Below are positions 17,387 to 27,753 of a stretch of 38,591 nucleotides of DNA, piece after piece. This DNA comes from a virus (lineage: Duplodnaviria > Caudoviricetes). Both the position numbers and the translations under genes were made by a program. Below the pieces are notes generated by a model. It worked only from the letters and a program-made list of their open reading frames with translations. It searched no databases and had not been told where the DNA came from. Numbering within the stretch: position 1 is the stretch's first letter; the number at the start of each line of letters is the position of its first letter. The stretch spans positions 1-38,591 of IMG/VR virus record IMGVR_UViG_3300032294_001028; one strand, given 5' to 3'.

Positions 17387-18880
17387 TTAGTCGATAATCG
17401 TGACGCCTAGATTGCTTTTTATTTGATTATCTAAATTCTGCTGGCGTCTTTGACTTTCTTGGTTTATGCTTTGGAAATATTCTTCTACGCTAGGTACGTT
17501 TGCTTGAGGTTGCTCAGCCTTTTTTGTTCCTGCAAACTGAGATTGTGCAAACGTCTCTGAACTCCATACTCCGTCACCAGAAGGCTGGTTTCCACCTCCG
17601 ATAAGAGCTGCTTCAGCACCTTTAATGTCAAGCTGTCCAGACGCTGCTGATTGAGCTTGCGATGTGCGACGAATCTGTGAAGAAGGAAGCCCCTTGAAGT
17701 AAGAGTCAGATATACCATCTGTAACTTGACGAAGCACAGAAAGATCCGCTTGGGTAGCAGGACGAGCTTTTTCTTCCACAGCTGTAAACTCTTGCCCCGA
17801 TGCATCAATGCGCTTAACGCGCTGAGCTTCAATTACATATGGGTTACCATTAAGCTTTCCGAACTTAATAATTTCTCCGCCTTTTGATTTTACAGGAGCA
17901 AAATCAATTGGAATCATATATCCATCAGCAATGTTATTTCCGCCAGACTTCAAGACGTATGGAGCAGGATCGATACCAAAGTATTTGTTCTCTTTCTGCT
18001 TGGCATTAAGCTTTGCGTACTCAAGTGCAAGTTTACGATTAGCCTGCTCTACCTCGAAGCGGTTGATTCCGCGCTCAGGTACCTTAGCCATAAATGCAGC
18101 GATAGCCTTATTATTGTATGAATCAATAAGGTTCTGTTTAATGGGAGCAAAAGCTTCAGTGTCAATAATATCTAGGTCAGCACGGCTAGTTAGTTCTCCG
18201 TTCTTTCCAATCTTTTGTTGAGACACACCCTCAAATACAACAGCATTCTTTAGCTGCGCTGGGTCAATATTACGCGCCTGCAAAAACTCTTGAGCAAACT
18301 TCTCTGCTTTTACTTGGTCGATTGAACCATCAGACTTGATGAAATCATTCTTGTTACGATCAAAAGCAGCAATCATCTCGTCAGCGATTTGATTGGGGCT
18401 TTGCATATCGTATTTATACTTCGGCATCAGCGTAAACGGATTAGATGCCATAGACATAATCTGATTAGCATCACGCTTTGTTGTGCGCTCACGGTTGAAC
18501 ACGTCAACAGCATTTTCTCCACCTAGACTAAACTGGTCTGGATTAGCATTGTAAGCAGACCACTGTTGACGGTAGTTGTCGGCCAAGAATTGTGCTGTTC
18601 CGGCAATTTGGTTGTACTCGGCATTAGCCTCGCGAACCTTACGGCGAAGCTCAACATTGTCCGGGTCAGTAGCCAATTCGCCAAGCGCTTTCTCTACTTG
18701 ATCGTATGATTGTTGAACAGCTTCACGGTCTGCATCAAGATATGTTCCTGCTTTCTTTTGGAACTGCGAAGACCACTCGTCAAACTGTAGCTGCTTCTGG
18801 CGCTCCTGTTCGTTAAGCTTGTACTGAAGTTCTGCGAAATTAGGCAGATTGATTACGCCACTTGGAATTAGTTTTGCCAT
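17387..18880 (-). CDS. Probable virion cargo/internal protein
   Basis: 497 aa, helical and Q/A-rich, lying between the other cargo genes. Confidence 0.65.
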   Translation of the reverse strand: MAKLIPSGVINLPNFAELQYKLNEQERQKQLQFDEWSSQFQKKAGTYLDADREAVQQSYDQVEKALGELATDPDNVELRRKVREANAEYNQIAGTAQFLADNYRQQWSAYNANPDQFSLGGENAVDVFNRERTTKRDANQIMSMASNPFTLMPKYKYDMQSPNQIADEMIAAFDRNKNDFIKSDGSIDQVKAEKFAQEFLQARNIDPAQLKNAVVFEGVSQQKIGKNGELTSRADLDIIDTEAFAPIKQNLIDSYNNKAIAAFMAKVPERGINRFEVEQANRKLALEYAKLNAKQKENKYFGIDPAPYVLKSGGNNIADGYMIPIDFAPVKSKGGEIIKFGKLNGNPYVIEAQRVKRIDASGQEFTAVEEKARPATQADLSVLRQVTDGISDSYFKGLPSSQIRRTSQAQSAASGQLDIKGAEAALIGGGNQPSGDGVWSSETFAQSQFAGTKKAEQPQANVPSVEEYFQSINQESQRRQQNLDNQIKSNLGVTIID

Positions 18881-19854
18881 TACTTCTGCTTATTGAATTT
18901 CTTTAATAGTTGACGGAAGTAAGCACTTTCCTTGCTAAGTTTCTTTTGCTGTTCTGGATTGAGTATTACCTCTCCTCCAGTCATCTCACCAATCTTCTTG
19001 CCTTGGCGTACGATATCGATAGGATTCGTCTTGTGGTCAAACTTACCTTCAGTCATCATACCGCCATCTTTCTTATAGAATGAACGATCTCTTAGGATTT
19101 CTGGGTATTCTGCCAAACCAAAGATCTTTGCGCCGCGGCTTTCATCAGTTTCTGGAATCAATGGAACTTGTTCTTCATCCATACCAGCCTGAATATCCAT
19201 AAGATTCTGATTGATCAAAGCCTGCTCACCACCAGTCTTTCCTAAAGAAGCCAACGTCTCTGTACGCATTTGATCCTCCATAGTTGGAACTGGTTCAGTT
19301 GGCGTAGTCTTCTTCTTTGCACTCATACCACTGTAAATAGCGGCAGAACCAATCTGACCAAGACCACCTGAAATATTCTGTAGGCCACCTTCGATTGCAG
19401 CTTGAGCAGCACCGCGCTCCATCATCTCACGCTGGTACTCACGAGTAAGTTCATTCTCTGCACCTTGTGCGCCAACTTGAAGTGCCTGTAGCGTTTGTGC
19501 TTGACGCTGAGCAAGAATATCTAAAGCTCCAACATCCCCAGCACGAATCATACCTGGAAGAGCTCCAACAAGGGCACGACCACCAGCCTGCTGTGCGGCT
19601 GCGATTCCGGTAGCAATAGAACGATTGAGTTCCTCAAGGCGCTTCTGCTCCAGCTCAGCGTTACGTGCTTGCTTCAGTAGCTCAGCATATTCCGATGGAC
19701 GAGCAGTTGATGCCTCCTTGATTCGGCTTGCAGCTCCTTGTCCGGCAAGCATCTGGCCAGCCCCAAACAGTGACTGTAAGCCACCAAGGGCAGCAGCAGC
19801 TACAAAGCCTCCTCCTGCGTATTTTTTCGTGTCTTTACTCTTCTTTGATCGCAT
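18880..19854 (-). CDS. Probable cargo/pilot (DNA ejection) protein
   Basis: Gly/Ala-rich hydrophobic segments plus coiled coil; C-terminal GG..G.FDH..NP....EMTGGEVI motif recalled from crAss-like cargo proteins. Confidence 0.65.
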   Translation of the reverse strand: MRSKKSKDTKKYAGGGFVAAAALGGLQSLFGAGQMLAGQGAASRIKEASTARPSEYAELLKQARNAELEQKRLEELNRSIATGIAAAQQAGGRALVGALPGMIRAGDVGALDILAQRQAQTLQALQVGAQGAENELTREYQREMMERGAAQAAIEGGLQNISGGLGQIGSAAIYSGMSAKKKTTPTEPVPTMEDQMRTETLASLGKTGGEQALINQNLMDIQAGMDEEQVPLIPETDESRGAKIFGLAEYPEILRDRSFYKKDGGMMTEGKFDHKTNPIDIVRQGKKIGEMTGGEVILNPEQQKKLSKESAYFRQLLKKFNKQK

Positions 19855-19858
19855 AATG

Positions 19859-19866
19859 CAAAAGTA
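19859..19866 (-). promoter_or_regulatory. -7 box TACTTTTG, 4 nt before ATG19854
   Basis: caaaagta on the + strand, in a 16-bp intergenic gap. Confidence 0.65.
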
Positions 19867-19870
19867 CTAA

Positions 19871-22800
19871 TTATTGTCCGAGTTGGTTATGTAAGTTGGA
19901 CTTAGCGTATACTAAGTTAACAGCGTAAAGCTCTACCTCGCTTGTTGAAGTGTTTGACAGTCTAGCTTTCACGTAGTAGTCACGGATGTTGTCTCCTTCA
20001 ATTGCTCCGTTGGCGATTACTACGATTGTATCTCCAGCACTTACACTCACTATGGTTCCACTAGCTGTTATCTGGTTCAGGCCACTAATGGCTGTTACCG
20101 TGAGGTTTAGTGTAACCAGTGTAGCTCCGCTAACCTTGTAGAGTGATCCTCCGATTGGGAACGGAATATCGCCCACTGGAGTGGTAAACGTGAGTGTCGA
20201 ACCGCTTACTCCACCGGTAGCTACTGCACCAAGTGTAAACACTTCCGAAGTTCCAGACAACTTAGTGATTGTAGAAGAACCAGTGTTGACACTGCTGTCG
20301 CGCGGCACGTAGGCGTACCAGTTACGCTCACGCTCACTGAAGTCTCCAGTTAAGATAGTAGCAAGCTGATCAGTGTTCGTGATGGTTGCTGCCCACGCGC
20401 TGTTACCTTCAAGGCTGATGGCCTCGTATGACTTCACCATAGAAGGGTTGGCATTGCTCACCACCTCGACAACAGCAGAACCCTGAACGCCGTAGTAGTT
20501 TGCACGGCTAACAGAGCTGTTGTGTGAGTACATAACTCCGTTCTTAAACGTGTAGAGCTCGTCGTCAACAGCAACAATAGCTTCTGGACGGTACGAGTAC
20601 TTGGTATTCCACACGTTTTCCTCCACGTCGTAAGCTACCGTAAAGTCGTTCACAAGGCTGCTTGGTGAACCTATTGCACCAGAGAAGCTTCCACAGTCGT
20701 TGGTGAAGTAGAACTCACCAGTAGACAGGTCAAATGCAATCGTTACAAAGAAGCTGTACGCCGTTTCGGTGGCTACGCCATATATAATTCCACTTTGACC
20801 GATAAACTCCTCACCAACGTATGCAGGCTGCCCATCAATAAGCTTGTCCAAGAACACGATACAGTTAAGGCTGTCGTCAAACTCATCACACAAATCGTCA
20901 AACTCACGGATCTCGGTAGAGAAGGTGAACAGCTCATCGTCATCAAAGTCAACCTCTGCAATCACTCGGTTTCCTGCTGCATTAGTCTGTACGTTGTACG
21001 TGTTGTACGGCTCACCTCCAGATGAGATTGTAACGGTTGCGTTGTACAGCAGCTCTGTGGAGATAATGTACTCGTCAGCCTCTACGTCAACTCCAGCAAT
21101 GACCTTGTTTGAAGAAGACAGCGTGGTAAGGTAACGGAAGTTCTCCTTAAAGAATGCGTCCATCTTAACCTCGCTGATCAGTGTGATTCCGTCACGAGCT
21201 ATGCGAACAACCTTACCAGAGCGAATGTCAGCAAAGTAAATACGACCACGATCAAATGCTAGAGACTCTGGGTTGTTGTTGATTCCGTAGTCTCCGAGGT
21301 AGTAGTTTGGCGCTCCAACTACGTTGCGAGAAAGCGTCAAGCTTTGAGCTCCGTCGCTAGACTCGATGATGTTACGACCAACAGGTGTCCATCCAGCCTT
21401 ACGTTCTTGGATGATGTACATACGATCATCGTCACCAACAAGCTGCTTTACTGTTCCGTATAGGTACTGGAAGTCGTAGAAGTTTGCCAGCGATGGGTTA
21501 AAGCTTGACAGACCGAGGTATTTGCTGTCCACAATGAATGGATCAGAGTACGTCACAGAAGCCCTGCGGAACACAGTCTGTGCGTCCGGCTGAACAGCGT
21601 GAGGACGACCAGCAGACGTAGACTTGGAAGAGAAGAAGTCGCTTACAGAGTAGTCCTCAATAAATCCAAACTTAAAGTTGTTTGCATAAGCCTTCTCTCC
21701 AACCTTCAAAAGTCTTGGTCGGTAGTATACGTCACCCTGAGACAATTGAACTACGGCATCATTGCTGTTGGTAAGGTTAAGCGTATAAGTAGTTAGAGAG
21801 AATGAACCACTAACAGTAGACGCATAAAATACGTAGTTGTATGGGCTATTTACTTCTGGATATACGTTCTTTACAACAAGCGTATTTCCGGAACCATCCG
21901 TTAGAACATCACCTTTGTACGCAATGATATTTGAATAAAGCTTCAAATTATCTCTAGCATCAACCTGCACACTTACCAAGAATGGGCTAACAGTTGTGCG
22001 CTGGCCGACGTGCACACCGTTTACTACCGGAAAATTCTCTCCAACCTCATAAAAGATTTGCTGTTGAGTGGGTTTGTTCTGGCGGTATATCTCAATTATA
22101 CAATCGTCATTCCAGTTGTCTTCTCCGGTGATTACGCTATAGTTATCCCATCCTTCAACACTAGATGACCGAACAGCAATGAACTTACCGGTTGTATTAA
22201 ACAAAGCCTCATCACTTGTTAAGTCAACGATTGGATTGCTGTCAATATCATCTGTAAACTCAAAATATCCAAGTACCTCAAGGTCTAATGTAGAACGGCT
22301 TACTGATCCGTACTGAACAATCCTTAATCGATCACCATTTTGGTATACATATTCAGTATTAGCTCCGAACCCATCTTTGTATGAATCGCTCTTTCCTTCG
22401 AGTGATCGCATAGATAGGTACGTTACGTCTTCAAATGAAGATATACCTGCAAATGGCTTTGCCTGAAGGTTTGTTGCAGTAAATGCTCTAATGACTGTAT
22501 ACTGGAACTTCTGTGTAATGTTATTTGTCGTAGCGTATACTGGCGCCCATTTTTTAGCCCAAGAAGGTGCGGCGTGTTTTATTCTGAATACCGAATCAAC
22601 TCGTCCATACAAATCATTTTCAACAGCCCTGTTGTCGTACCAATTGACGTACATATCGGGAACAGTTTGCACACCACCATTTCTATTGAACTGATCGTAG
22701 TAAACAATTCCAAATGAATGCGTAGCACCAGCTTTAAATGATTGATTTGAATTTATGTTTCCTCTAGACAAGAATGATCCATCAATGTATTCGGCATCTT

Positions 22801-24733
22801 CTACATCTCCATCAAGAGTCAGATATCTAGAGATTAACTCACCAGTACCTGCTCCAGACGGGACAAGAACTTCGTTTCCTTGCTGAAGCACAATTCCTGT
22901 CCCAGCATAACTATTGAAGGTTTCAAAGTCTCCCTTGTATATGATAGATGGTACGTCTACAAAGTTTATCTTGTTGAACAACTGATTGGTGGCTGGAAAC
23001 GCTTCGTTTAATGATCTTCCACGTGTAAAAAGTGAATTGATCATACTAATTGGAGGAAGTGATCCTAGCGCATTAAGTATATTACCAGTATTAAAATTGT
23101 ATCCAGCTTTAGCAGATAGTGCAGCACTATCCATAGAGATAGAGAATCTAATTGTATTTGAATTCTCACTTTCAACATCTATGTTTATCTGAGCAGCGCC
23201 AGAGAAGAACATAAATTTGTTAGGCTTTGCGGGGCTATTTGCTTGGAGCTCCTTTACCGAAGTTAGTTCTGTAGCATAATCAAACTCCGTGATGTCTGAG
23301 TCTAAAACTACATTGTATATGTCAGATATCGTAGACTTAATAATGTCAACAACTTGACTCTTAGTTTGTCCAGCAGATATGTATACTGTTTTATTTAGAG
23401 ATAATGGGGAAGCCTTAACGTAAACGTAGTCATCTATTACAGCAGCATAATCGTTGTCCTGCTGAGTAACTTTATCTGTCTGAACCCACTGAAGGTAGTA
23501 TCCTATCATTACCAGTTCTATGCGTCCAAAATTCAATCCAATGTTTATGGAAAGAACCGAGTCACTTTCAACAACAGCTGGAAGTGTAGAGATGTCTAAA
23601 TCAAAATGACGACGCTTTAAAAAGTCAGTTTCACCAGTAGCAGATGGATATGTAACGCTTAACTCATACTCTGACGGTGCCGGAAAGTAGTTGGGCAATA
23701 CATCAACGTCGGTGCGGATGTTTGCATATCCTTCGGTATATCCGCCGAGCATAAGGCGGTTACCAGCAATAGTCAAAGCCTCTGCTGTTTGTGGTACGTT
23801 GTCGTACAATTTGTTTACCTCATCCTGAGATACGGCAGAGAATAACTTTGAGTTGTCAAAAGAGATAGACTGAGAAACTACGCTGTTGCTGTTTACTAGA
23901 ACGCCAATCTCATAGAATGCTCTAGCATTTCCATTACGAGCAAGAACGATAATTTCTTTTACGTCAGCAGCAGATGTCGGTACTGAAATCGACAGTGTAT
24001 TATTTGCAAGCTTTTGCTCTTCGTCAATGATTCCGTCAAGAAACTGGTTCTGAGCAACAGCAAGTTCAGAGTATGGGCTAAGTGCAGAGCGCTCGCCATC
24101 TTCGTAAACGTACTGTGCAGCAAACTGAAAGGTTGACTCGTACAGGTCATTCTGCTTAAGCGCAGGGTTGGTAGAGAACGTAAACGTAGGTGGCGTCATT
24201 GGCGGCTGCTTAGCAACAGCAATGCAGGCCAGCTTCTCGGCATCGGTTCCGCTAGTAAACGCCGCTGGATACAGCCCTAGGAGCGCTCGTGTTACGTTAA
24301 TCTTCTTTGGATCGGTGTTGGCATCCGTAAAGTACAAAAGCGTCTCTCCGTCCAAATTCTTTACTACCGAAGCACGGATGTGGTAGAACTTAGAGAATCC
24401 AAGAATCGAGTCGCGGTATACAAGCTTAGCCTCATTTGAAGAGGTAGAGAAGCGGTAGATCGAATGGTTCTCATTGCTGTTCCAAACAAAGAAGAATATC
24501 TCTCCGCTTTGCGGGTTAGAGATGGCTCCGATCACCGTATTGTTTCCAGCTGCTAGTGCGCTGCCAGAAGCAAAAAAGATGGGTGTGTTACCGTAAGCGT
24601 TTTTGATTACACCACCGTCACCGTCTTGTTCTGAGCTGATGCGTACGTTTACGGCATCAGTCATCTCAACGCTTTTAATCAGACGTTCGTCATCATCAAG
24701 GTTTAGGGACCGAGGTATAAGTTTGTCAATCAT
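19871..24733 (-). CDS. Tail nozzle/muzzle (stabilisation) protein, crAss-like
   Basis: 1620 aa, beta-rich. N-terminal LNLDDDERLI...DAVNVRI, LYFTD...PKKIN, GNRLMLGGY.EGY and YGINNNPES; follows the ring genes. Confidence 0.75.
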   Translation of the reverse strand: MIDKLIPRSLNLDDDERLIKSVEMTDAVNVRISSEQDGDGGVIKNAYGNTPIFFASGSALAAGNNTVIGAISNPQSGEIFFFVWNSNENHSIYRFSTSSNEAKLVYRDSILGFSKFYHIRASVVKNLDGETLLYFTDANTDPKKINVTRALLGLYPAAFTSGTDAEKLACIAVAKQPPMTPPTFTFSTNPALKQNDLYESTFQFAAQYVYEDGERSALSPYSELAVAQNQFLDGIIDEEQKLANNTLSISVPTSAADVKEIIVLARNGNARAFYEIGVLVNSNSVVSQSISFDNSKLFSAVSQDEVNKLYDNVPQTAEALTIAGNRLMLGGYTEGYANIRTDVDVLPNYFPAPSEYELSVTYPSATGETDFLKRRHFDLDISTLPAVVESDSVLSINIGLNFGRIELVMIGYYLQWVQTDKVTQQDNDYAAVIDDYVYVKASPLSLNKTVYISAGQTKSQVVDIIKSTISDIYNVVLDSDITEFDYATELTSVKELQANSPAKPNKFMFFSGAAQINIDVESENSNTIRFSISMDSAALSAKAGYNFNTGNILNALGSLPPISMINSLFTRGRSLNEAFPATNQLFNKINFVDVPSIIYKGDFETFNSYAGTGIVLQQGNEVLVPSGAGTGELISRYLTLDGDVEDAEYIDGSFLSRGNINSNQSFKAGATHSFGIVYYDQFNRNGGVQTVPDMYVNWYDNRAVENDLYGRVDSVFRIKHAAPSWAKKWAPVYATTNNITQKFQYTVIRAFTATNLQAKPFAGISSFEDVTYLSMRSLEGKSDSYKDGFGANTEYVYQNGDRLRIVQYGSVSRSTLDLEVLGYFEFTDDIDSNPIVDLTSDEALFNTTGKFIAVRSSSVEGWDNYSVITGEDNWNDDCIIEIYRQNKPTQQQIFYEVGENFPVVNGVHVGQRTTVSPFLVSVQVDARDNLKLYSNIIAYKGDVLTDGSGNTLVVKNVYPEVNSPYNYVFYASTVSGSFSLTTYTLNLTNSNDAVVQLSQGDVYYRPRLLKVGEKAYANNFKFGFIEDYSVSDFFSSKSTSAGRPHAVQPDAQTVFRRASVTYSDPFIVDSKYLGLSSFNPSLANFYDFQYLYGTVKQLVGDDDRMYIIQERKAGWTPVGRNIIESSDGAQSLTLSRNVVGAPNYYLGDYGINNNPESLAFDRGRIYFADIRSGKVVRIARDGITLISEVKMDAFFKENFRYLTTLSSSNKVIAGVDVEADEYIISTELLYNATVTISSGGEPYNTYNVQTNAAGNRVIAEVDFDDDELFTFSTEIREFDDLCDEFDDSLNCIVFLDKLIDGQPAYVGEEFIGQSGIIYGVATETAYSFFVTIAFDLSTGEFYFTNDCGSFSGAIGSPSSLVNDFTVAYDVEENVWNTKYSYRPEAIVAVDDELYTFKNGVMYSHNSSVSRANYYGVQGSAVVEVVSNANPSMVKSYEAISLEGNSAWAATITNTDQLATILTGDFSERERNWYAYVPRDSSVNTGSSTITKLSGTSEVFTLGAVATGGVSGSTLTFTTPVGDIPFPIGGSLYKVSGATLVTLNLTVTAISGLNQITASGTIVSVSAGDTIVVIANGAIEGDNIRDYYVKARLSNTSTSEVELYAVNLVYAKSNLHNQLGQ

Positions 24734-24751
24734 AACTTACTGATAATCAGC

Positions 24752-25495
24752 TTAATATTTTGGAGATTGGCGATAGTTTTTGCGTATCGTCTTCAATGCT
24801 TCGTCCTTATTGAATGACTTCAATCGAGAGTTCGCAAGGCGACGCTCGTTAAAGTACTCTTGACGTGCCCGTGCCTTCTCTCCAAGAGGCACGTTGCTTT
24901 TACGTTCTACGATGTGGTAGTAGATGTACGAGCGGACAGCTTGCTCAGCGTAAACGTGAACAGACGGATTGTCTGACAAAGCTTCGTCTGCAATGTACTC
25001 GAGGTACACCGTGTCAACACTGGTTCCGGTTGTAAGTTCAATGCGTCCTTGCTCTAGGTTTATTCGGTACTCTCCGCTGTAGTGACCTCCTCCGTAGCCA
25101 TACAGACGTCCGTCCGTAGTGGCGTACACATAGTTGCGATAAATAAAATCGTCAAAGCCCAACAGATAATCAGGAACCTGGTAGGGTACTTGGTTTTCGA
25201 GTATGTTTTTGTTCTTATTCTCTCCGAAAATGTATACAAGTCCATCTGATCCAATAATACCAATTTTAACCAAGTCCACGTAATCACAAGGAAGACTTAC
25301 CGTGTTGGTGGACAAATCAATAGCCAGCTCAACAGCCTTGATGCGCTTCATAATATCGAAGCCAAACTCACGAACAGCACGCTTTGCAAGGTTGCGGATC
25401 GTCACATCAGATACTGAGTTAGCATAGTCGTCAAACTCCATCGTAAGAACGAAGTCGTTGACAATCTGATCTACGGTTACATAACTCTGGGCCAT
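24752..25495 (-). CDS. Tail ring / tubular protein
   Basis: LPCDYVDLVKIG and VYLEYIAD motifs; position in the tail block. Confidence 0.65.
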   Translation of the reverse strand: MAQSYVTVDQIVNDFVLTMEFDDYANSVSDVTIRNLAKRAVREFGFDIMKRIKAVELAIDLSTNTVSLPCDYVDLVKIGIIGSDGLVYIFGENKNKNILENQVPYQVPDYLLGFDDFIYRNYVYATTDGRLYGYGGGHYSGEYRINLEQGRIELTTGTSVDTVYLEYIADEALSDNPSVHVYAEQAVRSYIYYHIVERKSNVPLGEKARARQEYFNERRLANSRLKSFNKDEALKTIRKNYRQSPKY

Positions 25496-25498
25496 AGC

Positions 25499-26233
25499 TT
25501 ACTGCTGTTGTTGTTTTTGTTGACTAGCGTAGGCGTACACGTCGTTGTCGCGAAGGTTCACACCGATAAGCTTAGCAATCTCAATTACCAGTTCTGCGAA
25601 GTAGTGTTCGGGCAGTTCGAAGTCAACGCTGTTTGCTGCGCTGTATACGTCCTTACCTGCCACTACTGTGTAGCCAAAGCGCGGCATAGCTGTTGTCTTT
25701 GCTCCGTTTACCGGATTGAGTCCCTGTGGCTGCTTGTAGTACGTCAGGATAATCTTTTTGATTGTGGTTGGGTACACCTCAATGTCGTCTAAGATAGTGG
25801 CGATAGGAGCGTTATCTGTTGGGATAGACAGCTCACTGCGTAGGATGTAGTCAAGCTTGATCGGATCGTACACGAACGGAATGTTAATCTTCGTTGACGT
25901 ATTCAGCAGGATAGAGCCAGAAGATGTAGCTGAGATAATGCGAGCCAGATCCGCTGGTTTGTCAAATACTCCGTTTGCTTGAGAGATGGTTGCACGCTTG
26001 ATAAAGGTAGATAGATCTTCCTCCAAACGCTTGGTGGTAGACTTGTCTGACTTCGGGTCCACGTTGCGCAATCGGGTAAGTTTAGACCTGTCAAAGCCGT
26101 CAAACATATCGTTGAAGATATTCATCTGGGCGACCTGCGCAAAGTTGTTGAAGACAGCAGGCGTAACAAAGCCTCGCTGGTCTTTATTGACCAGATCCTT
26201 TAAGGCTGAATATACTCGGTTTACACTTGCCAT
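25499..26233 (-). CDS. Tail ring / head-tail adaptor protein
   Basis: NKDQRGFVTPAVFNNFAQVAQ, YYKQP and FELPEH motifs; position in the tail block. Confidence 0.65.
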   Translation of the reverse strand: MASVNRVYSALKDLVNKDQRGFVTPAVFNNFAQVAQMNIFNDMFDGFDRSKLTRLRNVDPKSDKSTTKRLEEDLSTFIKRATISQANGVFDKPADLARIISATSSGSILLNTSTKINIPFVYDPIKLDYILRSELSIPTDNAPIATILDDIEVYPTTIKKIILTYYKQPQGLNPVNGAKTTAMPRFGYTVVAGKDVYSAANSVDFELPEHYFAELVIEIAKLIGVNLRDNDVYAYASQQKQQQQ

Positions 26234-26256
26234 TGCTTGTATTCTGTAGTTAAGTA

Positions 26257-26264
26257 CAAAAGTA
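26257..26264 (-). promoter_or_regulatory. -7 box TACTTTTG upstream of the ring genes
   Basis: caaaagta on the + strand, directly after a terminator. Confidence 0.6.
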
Positions 26265-26267
26265 CTT

Positions 26268-26300
26268 AAAAAAGAAAGGGCGCCATTTCTGGAGCCCCTT
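26268..26300 (-). terminator. Intrinsic terminator
   Basis: Minus strand aaggggctcca-gaaa-tggcgcccttt then ctttttt. Confidence 0.75.
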
Positions 26301-26334
26301 CAACCAACCAACCAATTGTCTATGAAACAATCGA
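26268..26334 (-). ncRNA. Candidate ~66-nt small RNA with UUGG repeats
   Basis: TTG-N20-TATATTTG promoter (26369-26339) directly upstream of a terminator, with no credible ORF between. Confidence 0.4.
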
Positions 26335-26348
26335 TGGACAAATATACA

Positions 26349-27116
26349 CTACAATTCTAACTTCTGCAACTCTGCTTTCAAAGTTTCGTACGTCTGTGAG
26401 CCTTTCTCCGTCATACAGAACTGGGTCATAACACTCACGGTATCTTGTCCCACAGGCGTAGCAACAATTAGACGATTGCTGTCAAACCAGAACATACCGT
26501 CCTCGCGGGCCATAAGGATCTGGAAGTCAACAGCCTTCTTAACTATTGCACGCGCTGCAACAGTCGGATTGTCAAACAATTCAATGAACTTCTTCGGATT
26601 AGCCTTAGCCTCAAGCAGCAGCTCACGCTTAATCTCAGCGTTCTTCTGTCCGGTATCTACGCCAAGGTAGATCGCAACAGGCATCAGCTCATCGATAGAC
26701 TTGTTGCGAACCAAGCCAATGGCGTCGTGAAGAAGGAACTCGGTATTGATGTCAACCTCTGCCTTGTATTCGGTGTTAACCTCCTCAAACAGACCGCCTC
26801 CGTTGGCTTTGTTGCCCGGGTGCATCTCAAGGAATCGCATAAGCGTAGGCTCAGTAGGCTGAACCATAAGGATACCGTTCTCAAAAACAACGTGCTTACG
26901 AACAGCAAAACTGCTCTGCTCATCAGAGAAGATAGAAGCCTCGTTGGGGCAGTAGCGGATCTGACGGTTAGTGTTGGTCTCGGGGTCGTAGATAACAGCT
27001 TCAGACTTGATTGTGGCAATGATGCCACCTCCCTTGGGGATGCTGAAGATCTTCATCTTGCGCTCTTGTGCGCCTTCCGCTTTTAGAGCCGCGGTAGCTC
27101 GTGCTGGACGTGCCAT
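26349..27116 (-). CDS. Conserved protein downstream of the major capsid (probable structural/assembly)
   Basis: 255 aa; RQIRYCPNE.SIF.DEQ and F.NGIL.V...L..HP motifs; synteny. Confidence 0.65.
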   Translation of the reverse strand: MARPARATAALKAEGAQERKMKIFSIPKGGGIIATIKSEAVIYDPETNTNRQIRYCPNEASIFSDEQSSFAVRKHVVFENGILMVQPTEPTLMRFLEMHPGNKANGGGLFEEVNTEYKAEVDINTEFLLHDAIGLVRNKSIDELMPVAIYLGVDTGQKNAEIKRELLLEAKANPKKFIELFDNPTVAARAIVKKAVDFQILMAREDGMFWFDSNRLIVATPVGQDTVSVMTQFCMTEKGSQTYETLKAELQKLEL

Positions 27117-27146
27117 AGTTAAATGAAATTAAGTTAATAACTCCTA

Positions 27147-27154
27147 CAAAATTA
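27147..27154 (-). promoter_or_regulatory. -7 box TAATTTTG
   Basis: caaaatta on the + strand, 30 nt upstream of ATG27116. Confidence 0.55.
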
Positions 27155-27159
27155 CGTCT

Positions 27160-27753
27160 CTAAGCAAAGCGAAAATTTGGATACTTATCTGATAAACATC
27201 TGCGCTTTACGTCTGTGGCTGTTATTCCAAACTTCTTTGCAGCTGCGGTTTGCGATTCATATAATTCACCATAACAAATGACAGCAACTTTATCTTTTCT
27301 TGACGCTGACAATTTCTTTCTACGTTCTTCCGTCCAAGGTGCTGACTGTGCGTGAAGCCAAGCTTTTCTCTCCCTGCTCTTTTCACCTATTCTTTGTTTT
27401 CTCTCTTCAGTAAATTTTACGCCAGTAGCTGCCTTACGCATTTTCTCTTTAGTCTCATCAGTGCATTTGTAGCCTGTTCTACCATCGCCGCCATCTGTCA
27501 TATTGCAAAGTGTACCAGTGCCTCGATCAATTCTTCCGAATGCGGATATGTAGTGTATTTCAAGCTGTTTGGCTTCGTCTTGAGTTAATTCTTTATGAGG
27601 GAATTCTATGGTATAACCGTGCTTCTCAGCTATACGCTTCCAGAACTGCGACCTATTTGATTCTCTATACGCTCGCCGACCAATTCCAATTCCAACATAA
27701 AAAACGACTCCATCGTCAGCACGCTTGTGAAAGTATATGTAATGTTTTTTCAT
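27160..27753 (-). CDS. Free-standing GIY-YIG homing endonuclease with NUMOD3-like repeats
   Basis: YIY...FYVG.G..RA, E...I...G, LCNMTDGGDG; repeats ETKEKMR, ERKQRIG and ERRKKLS; AT-rich. Confidence 0.85.
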   Translation of the reverse strand: MKKHYIYFHKRADDGVVFYVGIGIGRRAYRESNRSQFWKRIAEKHGYTIEFPHKELTQDEAKQLEIHYISAFGRIDRGTGTLCNMTDGGDGRTGYKCTDETKEKMRKAATGVKFTEERKQRIGEKSRERKAWLHAQSAPWTEERRKKLSASRKDKVAVICYGELYESQTAAAKKFGITATDVKRRCLSDKYPNFRFA

